Positions 35,250 through 46,510 are shown, numbered from the stretch's first letter. The stretch: DNA of 46,510 nt from Perkinsus chesapeaki ATCC PRA-425 (GCA_013115145.1 JAAPAO010000253.1:1-46510); one strand, 5' to 3'. Translations and numbers: made by a program. The notes: generated by a model from the letters alone, not told the origin.

Positions 35250-36367
35250 AGCACCACTCTTCCAGCAGCACTGCTGCGCCTGAACGGGCTCCGGTCATCG
35301 CGGAAGCTCCGTCTGTGGTAACCGAGACAAGCCCACTTTTAGGGACCTCCAGAGCCTCAAGCAGTTGTACAACTGCATTCTTCACAGCTGCGCCAGTGCC
35401 GTCGCCCTTCATGTCTCTCAAGCCAATGTAGCGTGTGCAACCCTGGGCTTTGGCGTATACAATAACTTGTTTAGTCACGGCGATGTCGGTAGTCTCATCG
35501 ACTGAGATTCCAAACTTTTTATTATGAAGCCATGCCTTCGTCTCGGCGACCTGATCGAGAATATCCCGCTGCACCGTGCCGTCTTGAAAGCCTATAGCCT
35601 TGAGCTGCAAGGCAGGCAGAGGCTTTTGAAAAGTACTACCTGTAGACTGTGTGCCGATTTGACGAATTCCCAGCCGTAATTTTTAGAGCGCCAGTGTGGG
35701 GTAATTTGAAGGCCGTGCTTTTCCGCCCATTGCGCTAGGGCTTCTGACTTATGAAGGGCGATCTCCTCGACGGCAAGGGTCACGGAAAGGTCAGCTAGAG
35801 GGGCCACGAGTTTTAACTCACCGTCCAGAAGGTCTTTCTGCTTCTCAACCACCTTTTTGAAGGCCAGTGTCACAGGCATCTGTTTGAACCTGTGCTTATT
35901 GCTATTGTCGATCGCTTTCTGATGGTCTGCGAGGTCAGATTTCTTGAATTTCTCCGGGTTGCAGACTCTCCATTCAGACCATTTTCCAGATGCCTCGTGG
36001 TCCATACACTCTCCGCAGCAATATTCGATCTTGCCAAACTGCTTGCGAGTGCGCAGCCAGAGAAAATCACCTTTGTATTTGGTTACGCAGGGCATTTAAC
36101 TTGTAGGTTATACGAAGGAATGGGGTATAACTGTTAGCTACTCACCGACAACGACCTTGCGAACAGAACTCTGGGTGACACCCAGTGAGGGGTACATGCG
36201 TGCATTTGATGGGTGTACATGCGTGCTGCTATCTTATGCGCGCGTGGCGCGCAAAAGAGTGATTTCAAGTCGCGGGAAAAATCAGGCCACGGGATTGTCC
36301 TATGGCGGATAAGTGCCGGTCGGCCGCGGAGCGGCCGAGTCGTAGCGGATCGTTAGAGGGAACACTG
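35250..36367 (-). mobile_element. 3'-truncated hAT DNA transposon: 5' TIR plus transposase N-terminal half with a 35-nt intron
   Basis: End CAGTGTTCCCTCTAA (reverse complement of 36353-36367) is a typical hAT terminus. ORF from ATG 36095 has a TTF-like Zn finger (FLWL...CCGEC...KFKKSDLADHQ...H); intron 35639-35605 joins it to ISVDETTD...SVTTDGASAMTG (first two catalytic Asp). The CxxH motif, Glu and dimerisation domain were not found. Confidence 0.85.
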
Positions 36368-36680
36368 GCAGGCCCTTTCTCGGTGCGACCTTCACTGTGT
36401 CCAATTAGAAGTGGGCCATTCGTCGTGACAAAATTCGCGCCTGCTCAGCTCATGAGGTACACCATATACTGACTCCTTCGAACAATTGATGCCGAATACG
36501 TTGTAGAAAATTGCCCACAGAATTTCATGTAAGTCTTTTATTATCGAGTTCCGTACTGAGTCAGAGTTTATTAACGTTCTTGCTTGGAGTAAGTTGTTTC
36601 AAAAGTACGCAAAGTACTAGGCTTCCGCCCAACATAGCAGGCTAGGACAAATGAGGTCTAACTAGTCTTATTTGTCTGCG

Positions 36681-39600
36681 ATGAGTCAGAGCCCTTGGCA
36701 ACTCAGAGTTCAGTCTGCTGCGTTTGCCCAACAACTTTCAATGGATACCTTGGCGACACTTCCTGCTGGTGCGCAGAGCTGGCATAAGAGCATATTGGCC
36801 GTATCCAGAACACATTTGGCTTATTTAAGCACTCTCTCGCTCAATGTGTAAGGATCCTCCAAACATCACTCTGCACATGTTCTACTAGAATACGTATATG
36901 TGACCTGGCGGCAGTGGAAACCAGAGGCCTCGAGTGGGGAAAAGCGAGAGATGAAATGCTTGCCGCAGTTATCAGGTAACCCAAAACATTCCCAAAATAT
37001 CCAAGCAGTAAGCTTGCATCTACTTGTGAATTCACTAAGCTGTAGTGCATGAGTATCATGTTTTATCCGTATATTTCACGGGTCTTCAACTGAGAACGTT
37101 GATCTCATCATCGAATGACGACATCAGCGAACATCGGCAATGATCAAGCGTTGCTATTCGTTGCCTGCGCACTTCACAACGCGATGCCTGCAACCCTCAG
37201 TCTGACGGCCTCAGGATTCAATTTCAGGAATCCTCATGCAGAGGAAGAATTTCTCATAGTCTCCAGTAGTGGGAGATCGCAGTTGGTTGAAGTAAAGGAC
37301 GGTGAGCTACCTCAGCCCGTACCAGGAAAGGTTCGCAATAAGCAGGCCGACTCATTCCAAGTCCCACGGCAAAGGAATCATTTGAGATAACTATGCCGGC
37401 AGGCTCGACCTCGAAGGGCGCAGCTGTGCCAGAGATTCTCATCGACTTCGACGCCGGTAGGGTAGCGGAACCGCGATTAACTTTATACGGCTATATCGGC
37501 CTGTAATAGGCTCCCGGTTTCTTTCAGTCGAGCAAGGGGTTCTGTGGTACTATCATAACACTGACTCTGGGCAACATCAGCTACGCCATAGGAAGGTTCA
37601 TGATCATGGTGAGCTTCGGTTGAGCCATTGATGAGGAAGAAGCTTTCTGTCCGTCAATAACTGAAATGCTCCTGATTGGTTCAATAGAAATTTGTCCCTT
37701 CGACAAAGATATCAGAGTGAGTTAAGCGGTATTCGACAGCCTACTACATTGGGCTGCCACGCTGCTTTCCACACCGCTGGGGAATCGGTTCAGTTTTGAG
37801 AAATCCTCAGGAAATCTTTATCAAGATTGTTACTAAATAGAAATTGCTGAGACTCGAGTAGCAGCATATTTCTGAAACTAATTGGTATTGCAAATACATT
37901 CGCCTCATCACATGTACTGTCCCAGGGACAGTGTCCCTAGTAGGGACTCCCTACTAAGAATGCCTTAGTCCCCGTCATTCCGTACGACTGCAACAGTTTG
38001 AACCTTTTGTTGACGTGTTGAAGTAATAACCAATGAACCTGTCAGGTTCATCGCCAGTAGAGAGATCCTTCTCTCTTTCTACTCCGGACTCGGGGTAGGT
38101 CGAGTCCCAGTATACCTCCTATATATAGAGGCACAGGTCGCCTACGAACAGAGCTGCCACCGACCTCCTCAGACCGCTGAAGAGTTTCGGCGATGGAGGA
38201 TCGTCCCCACACGCGGTGTGACTGCTCATCATAGATTTTCAGCCAGATTTTCAGCCTTGCGGGGGAAATGAGTTTCTGTAGACCGTAATGCGTCCCCACC
38301 ACGCCCGACGGAGATCGATCGCATTCGGCTGGTCAAATGGTGGCGTTACATTGATGACTGTAGAGGTCGGGGAGAGAACTCTAAGTTGCTCCCGAGGAGT
38401 AAGAATACTGACATCCAAGATGGCTGTTGGAATGTGACACCGTCACATTAGACGACTATAGGCTACTAGACTAGTAGTACTAGTTGCTGTTATTTAACAT
38501 GTTGATCATTGACTTGAATAGTTAGTTTCAGCTAAAATTTAATGATTATGACGAAATTAGTGATTTTATAATTAAAATCGTAAGTAAGGTATGTTTTAGT
38601 AAAATGGTGACTGTTGCACCGCCACCATTGTGACGCTCCGTTGCCGTCAGTATGTCGAGACGACGGACGGTAGAAAATTCGCACAACTGTTGGGGAAGAT
38701 TTGTGGCCAAAGAAAAGTTTCGATAGAAAACTTTTATCGATAGCATCAATAGTTATTACATTGCCGGGCTTTGAACTGAATCAGTTACTGATACTGGTTG
38801 TAATCATTGAGTACACATTTCCGCACTAGATTTGGTCCAAATCATTTGGACATCAGCGTCAGGCTTCAGCGGTCTGCTTCCATCACTGTACGATGATCCT
38901 GACTCCTCTTCTTCTCAGTCGTCAGTAGTGGACCTGGCTTTTGACCCTCTCTCTACTTGCTACCTAATCGTCGCCTACGGCAGTGGCGAACTCAGCATGC
39001 TGGATATGAGCTCCACTGGTCTAGCAACCCAAGTGAGCACCACGCGAGAGAATCGCTAATGCCATATTAGGCATGCCGATTCCAAAACGCCAAGGCGCCG
39101 ATAAGGTCAATATCCTGGCAATGTGGCTCGCGCGGTCCAGGGAGCTTTTTCACGGCGAGCGGCGAGGGCTCAACTATCCTGCAGCTGTGGAATGTCAGCA
39201 AACAGTCACCCATTGAAGAGATAAAGGTAGCTGACAGGCCCCCTAGTGGATACTACTGCTAGCATACATTCTAAAGGTACATAAGAACGCGAGTTGTAAT
39301 ATAGCTTCATGTGTTCCCGGCGATGACAGCAAGTAATCGAAGCCTCCTCCTCCTACGCCTGTCTGCTCTTCTTCGTGCTGCTGCAGGGTTGTTACCAGCC
39401 TGCGAAACGGCGCGGTAGAAATTGTCGATGTTAAGACGAGAAGCGTCAGAGCAGTCTGTGGATCAAGTGACTTCGCCCGTGCTGCCAGGTTTTTACCGTG
39501 TCCAGGTCACCGCGAGACCGTCTTCGACTGTTGTTTCCATCCTAGAGATCCTAACCTATTTTGTACGGGAAGCTATGATGGAACTGTCCGGCTGTGGCGC

Positions 39601-42600
39601 GTTAAATATGATATAAATGCTGGAGTTGAAAGTACAGCGGAAGTCATTGCCGAGATGGTATGAATCTTCTCATTCTTACTAGAAATTGAAAACGTAAAGA
39701 AACATTCCCGCTAGAAAATTCTAGCGGTCATAACTTATGACTCATAAGCGTAAACTGAATAACTATAGAGACTCGGTGCCATAGGGTCGGTGTTAACAGG
39801 GGGCTATGATAGATACGTCGGATCTCCTATAGTATCAAACTGCCGCAACTGCGAGCATTATCGTCTAATACGGCTCGTTATGTTACGTACATTTTTAGTG
39901 TTCAAAGTAGAGTGATGATTATTGGAAACTAATAAATCATTGTCAAAGCGGCCGTTGTCTGCTGTGATAAGACGTATAACATATATCATCTTTCGTTGTA
40001 TTCTTGGACCTGAACCTCATGTCAGAGCACTGCTTGTAAGGACGGTGGTGGAGCCCAAGCAGAGAACGGTATCAGCAGATCAATAGTGTAAGGTATATAG
40101 AGCCTTTGGTATAGAATGCATCCTGTATATTCTGTACAATACAGCAGTCTATACAGTGCTTCCTCTACCGTATGCTTGTTCATCTTTCCAACAGTTACCC
40201 CATGTATCCAGCCCGTATATCTTGGACTCTCTGTGGCTTTCGAGCATCGAAAAACTTCATGGTTCTCTTCTATGCTCTTCTAGGTATTCCAGGAAAGCTC
40301 CGTCTTGGGGTTGTTTACAAATTGTATATTACCGTCCATCTGTTTTCTATTGCCATTTGCATACGTGTACTGTTATTACACCACAAATGGTGGCACAGAA
40401 GGCTCTCCCACATCCCACTATCAGATACGGTATAGATTTTTCGTTTTGTGGTAAGAAGGTTGCGGGGGTGACAAGCCGAGGAGAGTTGCATGTCTGGCGC
40501 CTTGACACAGGTCAGGACCGCCGCACGCTGTTTATGATCGTTTTCTTTTGAGCTGGGGGAAGTTTCGGGAAGCGCCTGGAATCGGAGTCTCGGATGCACT
40601 TTATATGTTAACAAACTCTGCTTGCTAATTAGCAACTTGAAGTATTAAATACTGAATATCCTTTGTTTCATTATCGATATTGAATATAAAAGTTTAAATT
40701 ACCAATTATATGTTATAATCGATATGATTTATATCGGTATTGTTCACACTTCCATAACTATAGAGTATATAGTGGAGAGGCTAACTAAGCCTTCTTCGGC
40801 GGCGTTAGGCTATAAACTCACACACACTTAGCTGCGGAGCTGCATTGACGCTAATACACATATTTCAAAGAGTATTCTACGGGCTCGTTCCGATCCCCTG
40901 AAATTGTCCTTATGGGATTTCGGGTATTGGAGCCTATTTTATATTCTCATTTGACCTTGGTTTTTCGAGCTGCTCCATTTTATTCATTTTCCTCTCAGGG
41001 CATAAGGTTCTTTTCGTCCCACCATTGAACGTGTACAATCCAAGTAGCTTCCGAGTCTCCTGGCTCAAGGAATTCCACAACAGGTGCACAATCTCAGATG
41101 TGATCGGGCCTTATTATAAGACCCTTATAATTCTTATTACTACTATATCGTTTTTAAAGTCTAGGACATCTGCTTGGACCTGCCATGGGCTTCAATATTC
41201 ATGTGCTTGTTAAACAGTTATATAATGAAATGAGACCAATAGTTTGGCTGGCTTAGCTCTTGCTTGCATTTTGCGATATTTTCGATAGCACGTGCTCTTT
41301 TTGGTCAGCCCTCGCAGTGGCTGGATCGCCTTCGGCCGTACCGACTTCAACGCCGTTATCGTTGACCAGCTTGAAGCAGGCCGTGTTATTGCCACCATAG
41401 AGTAGCTCTAGGCTTATTGAGCTCCATTTGACAGTTCGCCTTCAGTCACCGCAGTCCTGTTATCGGCATAGCTTGGAAACCATTCGTTGAAGGACTTTCT
41501 CCTCAAGTTTGCACTGCCGCTCAAGACGGGACGGTCCGAGTCTGGGCCATCTCGGCCTCGACAGGAGTAACCAGTCTACACATCGCAATCAATCAACAAA
41601 CCTGTTTTGCCAGACAGTATCCCTTGCTCACTGTCTTCGGGGCCACGAGGGCCGAGCGTTCAACGTCCTTCCGAATCCACGTCACGGCGGTATCATCGCA
41701 TCTGGCGGTGACGATTCCACTGTACACATTGCTTGTCCAGTGGACCGTGCATATCTTTCCAGGTTAGAGTGTGGCGGGTGTCTGATTCACGATGCCTTCA
41801 AGTCCTCCGAGGTCATACTTCTAACGTTCGTGCCCTGGCATGGCACAGCGAGCTGCCCACAGTTCTCCTGTCTGGCAGCTGGGACAGTATCCTCAACCTA
41901 GCCAGAGCTAACTCAGTTCCATGGCAGGCACAATAAGGATTTGGGACGCGGCGATGGGTTGTTGTTTGCATGTTCATCGAGACCATGCAGCTGACGTCTA
42001 CGGTATCGCATCCCATCCGCTCAGACCATTTATCTTTATAAGTATGGCGGAGCTTACATTCAACTGTGAAGGAGTGTGCCAGGCACGTCCCGAGATTCAA
42101 CCATTAAATTCTCCACCACAGAATGGCTCGGGCGCCTCCCATTCATGTGCTCTCTGCTGAGTGATGATCCCAAAACAGAATTGGCGAAGTTCATATCAGA
42201 CGACAAAGACGCTATTAGAGAAGCGTTTGATAACGTAGGTCTGCATTACTTGGCTGCTTGCGTCCCCGGCGGTGGGATGTTCCCTCTATCCCATCTATGC
42301 ACGACCATGAGAACACTCCGTGTCAGCCCCAACCTGCTGAACCCACAAACTCACTCGACACGGTTTACTTCCTGTCCCTTCATGGTACCGGGTCAGCTGA
42401 TCTCCTCCAAAGTCTGCAGAGTCGGGGTGGCCAGGACCTTCTTCAAGACAAAATCGACATAGTAGGGGCCGTAGGGACGCTTAGAAGCCACCGTTCTGGC
42501 AGTTGTCATTCTTTGCCTACCGCAAAGGCATCGAGGACCTAGCAGATGTGATACGAGGCATTCTCGGGAGAACGCGGCGTCATGATGGTCCCGGGGAGTA

Positions 42601-43767
42601 CGTCCACGAGAGTGATCTCCAAGAGACCTGTGCAAGTCGCGCATTCGATGCTCTAGCGGCTGCCTCGGGCAAGCGGTCCATCGTTGGTACGGACAGGTCG
42701 AGCGTATCACTCGCAACTGGTCAAAAGGTGTCGACGCGACGCGACTAGATCCTACTAATATGGCATCTTGGCCGTCCATGACCGCCAGACCATCACACGA
42801 CCAGGCCGCCGAGTTGTTCCTGGTCAGTGGGGATTTCAAGAACTACTGCGAAACCGTGGCTAGCTGTGGCAAATGGGAGGCAGCGATCGCTGCAGCCCCC
42901 GCTGTTTCACTGCAGTACGTTCGCGCTCCGAGTGTGTGATGCAGACCCATTCAAGATACTGGCAGCAATTGTCGCGACGATACGCAGATTTTATACTAGC
43001 ATCTCGGGCACTATTAAGCAGCACTGGTGAAAGTGCAGCTCCGGCGCTGCCATACCTCATGGCTTCTGGTACGTGTGGAGTCACATTGAGCTCAGATACG
43101 AATTACCGACGCGTTAGGCTACAATTATCGTGGAGGCGTTGTCTTGTGAAGTTCGATTATCTCTCGTTCATTGTGATCGATACCCGCACAACGATTCCCG
43201 GAATGGAATGTACTTCAGGATGTTCCAATGAAGGCGTTGAGCTCCTGCTCAACCAAGAGAGCCACACTCTCTCCGCTGTGACATTGGGAAAGACGGTGGC
43301 TGACGGCCGAGTGCCTGCAGTTTGCAATGGTGTTAGCGTCCCTCCTGTCGAAGCTGGTGATCGATCCCAGTTCCTCGAGGTGGTCACTTGACACTCGCTT
43401 TTTCCAAGTGCCTTCGATTTGTATAGCATAGCCTCCTTTTCTTAGGCATCTGGCCGTATTGCAACAAGTCTAGCTCGCTCTTCCTGGACACGACTCCAGG
43501 CCTGTGGCATCCTCCTTGGCGCGGAGGATGTTGAGGGCGCTCTAGCTCTACTATGCACTTCTGCGGATTCTTTGATCTACTGTGGCGTGAGAGATCTAGT
43601 GCCATATACAGTAGGATGGACGATTAGCCTATTTCTCTGAATGGCTCCTCCAACAGGTCTGCGCACCATCGAAGGAAGTTACGGCCGGGTTGATCAGGAT
43701 CCGCGGAGAGTTGAAGAAGGAGGGTCGAGGAGTAACCTCGGATGCCTTACAGCAGCTTATGAACTAA
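36681..43767 (+). CDS. WDR17: WD repeat-containing protein 17 orthologue, many exons
   Basis: Motifs in WDR17 order: LPAGAQSWHKSILAV..LAYLSTLSLNV; AFDPLSTCYLIV; SISW...PGSFFT...LQLWNVSKQSPIEEIK; GHRETVFDCCFHPRDPNLFCTGSYDGTVRLW; GHEGRAFNV...IIASGGDD; GHTSNVRALAWHSELPTVLLSGSWDSTIRIWD; DHAADVYGIASHPLRPF...SRDSTI; YWQQLSRRYAD; LPYLMASG. Start may be 36681 or 36741; stop inferred. Confidence 0.85.
37916..37956. repeat. Three chained perfect palindromes with 1-nt centres (intronic)
   Basis: actgtccc-a-gggacagt; gtcccta-g-tagggac; tagtaggga-c-tccctacta. Confidence 0.95.
40783..40834 (+). repeat. Dispersed ~50-bp repeat, copy 2 (see 1749-1797)
   Basis: Direct alignment to copy 1; lies within the WDR17 gene span, presumably intronic. 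Confidence 0.6.
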
Positions 43768-43864
43768 CTCGTGCCATGAACACCGAATCTATTTTCGTGT
43801 AAAGTTGGCTCTGAGTCTTCAATGCAAGGGTATTCCCCTTAGGGTAAAATCCCTCCGGGCAAGC

Positions 43865-44124
43865 ACCGGGTAACCCGGTCCGGGTTTCCGCCTGCCGATG
43901 TTTCTCCGAAAGGCATTACTCTCGTCACCATAATCTCGTAGGACAATGCTCCAGAAGTAATGGCGTTACGAATCGTAACTTTCTGGATAATCGTAACTTA
44001 CGATTATCCAGAAAGTTGAACCCTCATCCACATCTGCATACAAGAATCTTGTATAGAATCTTGTCACAAGATACCTCACTAGACCGTTACGGTCTAGTAG
44101 AGGATACGGTCTGACCGTATCCTC
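43865..44124. repeat. Array of seven distinct perfect palindromes, each with a 1-nt centre
   Basis: 43865-43879 (15 bp), 43965-43979 (15), 43977-44017 (41), 44038-44054 (17), 44058-44072 (15), 44078-44098 (21) and 44100-44124 (25), each checked base by base. Confidence 0.95.
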
Positions 44125-45235
44125 GCTTTCAAAGTAGAAGAACCGTTTCACATGTAAAATCACATTTAGTGTCTCGGTGACACGTCCTTTCCAGAATCGG
44201 CAAAAGCGTACACTGCCAGAAATACTCTTTTTGCACGATCCGGGAAGCTTCAAGCTACAAGTATCCGGCATATATCTAACACGCCACGCAATGAAGATCA
44301 CCAGCACTTGAACGATCCATGATGTACCTTGTCATACTGTTAACCATCAGGGAACTCAAGAAACCAAAGTGAGGCAAGAAGACAGTAACACACTAACATC
44401 AGTACTAGCGTCGAGCTGAGCTAAGGTTTCATTGTTGTGCAACTCACACAACAGCACATACATACCATCATCATGATGGCATCATGGTCATACCCTCACC
44501 GTAGGGGCTTCCCTCTTGCAGCTCACCATTGGGTGTGACACATCCGGTGTGTGTACACTGAAATAAGTCATGTTGCCAATAAGGCGGACTACGCCGGGTC
44601 GAGGCTTATGTGCCGAGCTCCAGGTATTGGTACGGAGTAGATTTAACCCAAGTCTGACTCCTGAGGGTGGACCAGCGACATGTTTGCACTGCCAACCATC
44701 ACGCAATCAACGATGCCGGAGAAGATATCCCAAAGGCTTATGGGAATATGATGGGGTGCCACCTCAGGGGTGGTATAAATTCGGATAGCTTGCAGCGTCA
44801 CCCTACTAGGGTGACCCTTGTTCTTGAGACTGCCTAAGCGTCTCCCAAGTTCTAATATAGTCGTACTCAGGGCTGAGTCCTGGCTCATTCCGCGTTAGCT
44901 GCTCAAAGCGAATTTTGCCTTCCATTGCGTGGATTGATATAAGCATATTGTAAGATGGATAAAGCTGTATTATAGTAACGCTCCTTTGGTATTCTAACCA
45001 GCAACTTAGAAAACTCAAGACGCTCGGTATTAGTACTGGATACGGTTAAAATGAGGTGTCAGTAAAAGAGCGAATGTCGAGAATCGAATAGAATCAACAT
45101 AAGCCACCTCATCATCTGAATATCTTTGATATCAAAAAGACTCCTGAGCATCATAGTGTGCACTAGCCTTGAGGAACAACTCCTCAACGGCCACCATAGT
45201 GATAATGAGAATCATTCATACTGCGGAGTTCGCCC

Positions 45236-46306
45236 TTAGTATCGACTGGTTTGTTCTGCGTTGGTAATAAAAGGCGAAGAAAAAGTCAAATCGTCCCTCT
45301 GAGGAAGAAGATATCATAGAGCTTTTTTTGAGAACCTCACACTTACCCATAACTTGGATAAAACCCAACTTTTTGTAGAGCTCGATTGCGCGCGTGTTCT
45401 TCTTGCTAACTGTCAACGTCATAGCGAGGATATCTGGCACACTCCTTCCCTGAGATATTACGTTCGGTGTAGGTCAGTCGGCAGCGGCAGAAGCTTCTAC
45501 CTTATCGATGGCGTAGTTCATAAGATGAGTCCCAATACCTTGGCCTCTATAGCTTTTGGCGACTTCAACCTGAAAAGTAAATATGGATGAATGCAACAGG
45601 ACGAAATGGGCCAGACACAATTCGGAATAAATACCGTTGGCGCATGAGAATAGTAAGATTCAACCGCTGGAAATCGTTCAGCGAGTGCCTACCATTTGGA
45701 TGTTGCCAAAGCTTCCTTTCTTCTCATGAGGTGACCTAAATCAGTATGCGGATACTAGGATGCAGATGATATCCAAGATAAGCGAATAATAAAAACATCA
45801 TTAATGCGCTATATTTTATTGGATCCGGCCAGAGTATTAGTCAGCCGATCAGTACTAAGGCTGGGCGAGCCAAGTGGCCAGACCGTGCACTACTACTGGC
45901 TGGCCACGTGCTATATGGGGGGTCACATATACGCAAGTTTTTCATAAGTCATATAGGCATACGTAAGCCATATACTCACAACTTGGCTCTAACAGCCGCT
46001 TCTTGCTGTGGTGTCATTTCGTAAGGTATGTAAATCTTAATGTATCCGACAACCGTCTGAATAATGAACGAAACATCTTGGCCGACCCACCTTTGTTATA
46101 AATAGGTAATTCAATACCACCTCAGATCTTACATGAGCACCTGCACTGTTATCGATAGCTACATAACACGGAACCCCCTTCTTGGAATAGCACGTCGTGA
46201 TCGGCAAGCCATTAAGCTTGTCGTTGTTATCGAAGTCCCTATAAATGATACTCCCCTTCGCTGAGATTATGAAGAGGAGAACGACGAAAGGGTGAACATG
46301 AGTCAT
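45236..46306 (-). CDS. GNAT-family N-acetyltransferase with putative N-terminal signal peptide, 4 exons
   Basis: Exons 46306-46091, 45569-45501, 45449-45347 and 45255-45236 splice in phase: MTHVHPFVVLLFIISA...CYVAIDNS...LNYLFITK|VEVAKSYRGQGIGTHLMNYAIDK|...MTLTVSKKNTRAIELYKKLGF (GNAT motifs A and B). Confidence 0.85.
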
Positions 46307-46510
46307 CGTGTACGGTAATGAGAAGTTCCAACTAGGCTTACCACCCTACCGAGGATCACCCCACCGTGGCCAGTAATGCCCTTTTGTACTGGCGCTCATT
46401 GCTTACCGTCCGAGTTGCTCATCCAGAAGACCTCCTATTGTTGGGGATCCGTCCATACTAGTAACGCAACAAGGGGCAAATACTAATGCTGCTCTTATAT
46501 ATCTGCTATA

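Noticed and set aside
38415-38425. ccaagatggct, an 11-nt match to the reverse complement of the Perkinsus-type spliced leader
   Set aside because: Too short to exceed chance in 93 kb of both strands; flanks do not match.
40154-40168. cagtgcttcctctac resembling the hAT TIR
   Set aside because: Points away from the element at 36367, has no matching 8-bp flank and lies within the WDR17 gene.
42393-42839. 148-aa minus-strand ORF and other minus-strand ORFs at 40315-43605
   Set aside because: Antisense to WDR17 exons.
43966-44307. 113-aa minus-strand ORF
   Set aside because: Runs through the palindrome array; no domain or clear splice support.

Overview
Gene-dense, intron-rich eukaryotic genomic DNA with many 35-60 nt GT-AG introns, so most entries in the supplied ORF track are exon fragments or antisense shadows. 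The short introns, dense packing and gene content suggest a Perkinsus-like alveolate; this is inference, not a database result. Genes recognisable by manual splicing are an HDAC catalytic exon, an ataxin-2/Pbp1-type LsmAD gene, an LRR protein, a divergent mitochondrial-carrier-like protein, two tandem intronless LicD-family genes (one catalytically degenerate), a Ctr copper transporter, a FAM210/DUF1279-like protein, a DUF2817 (M14-like) peptidase, a WDR17 orthologue and a GNAT acetyltransferase with a putative signal peptide. Mobile DNA comprises a 305-bp TA-flanked MITE and a 3'-truncated, intron-containing hAT transposase that retains one terminal inverted repeat (TIR). The most unusual signal is non-coding. 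I found 20 perfect palindromes with arms of 7-20 bp and a single unpaired central base, against about 3 expected by chance. Most occur in overlapping or adjacent chains, densest at 43865-44124. Exon boundaries were read by eye and are provisional.
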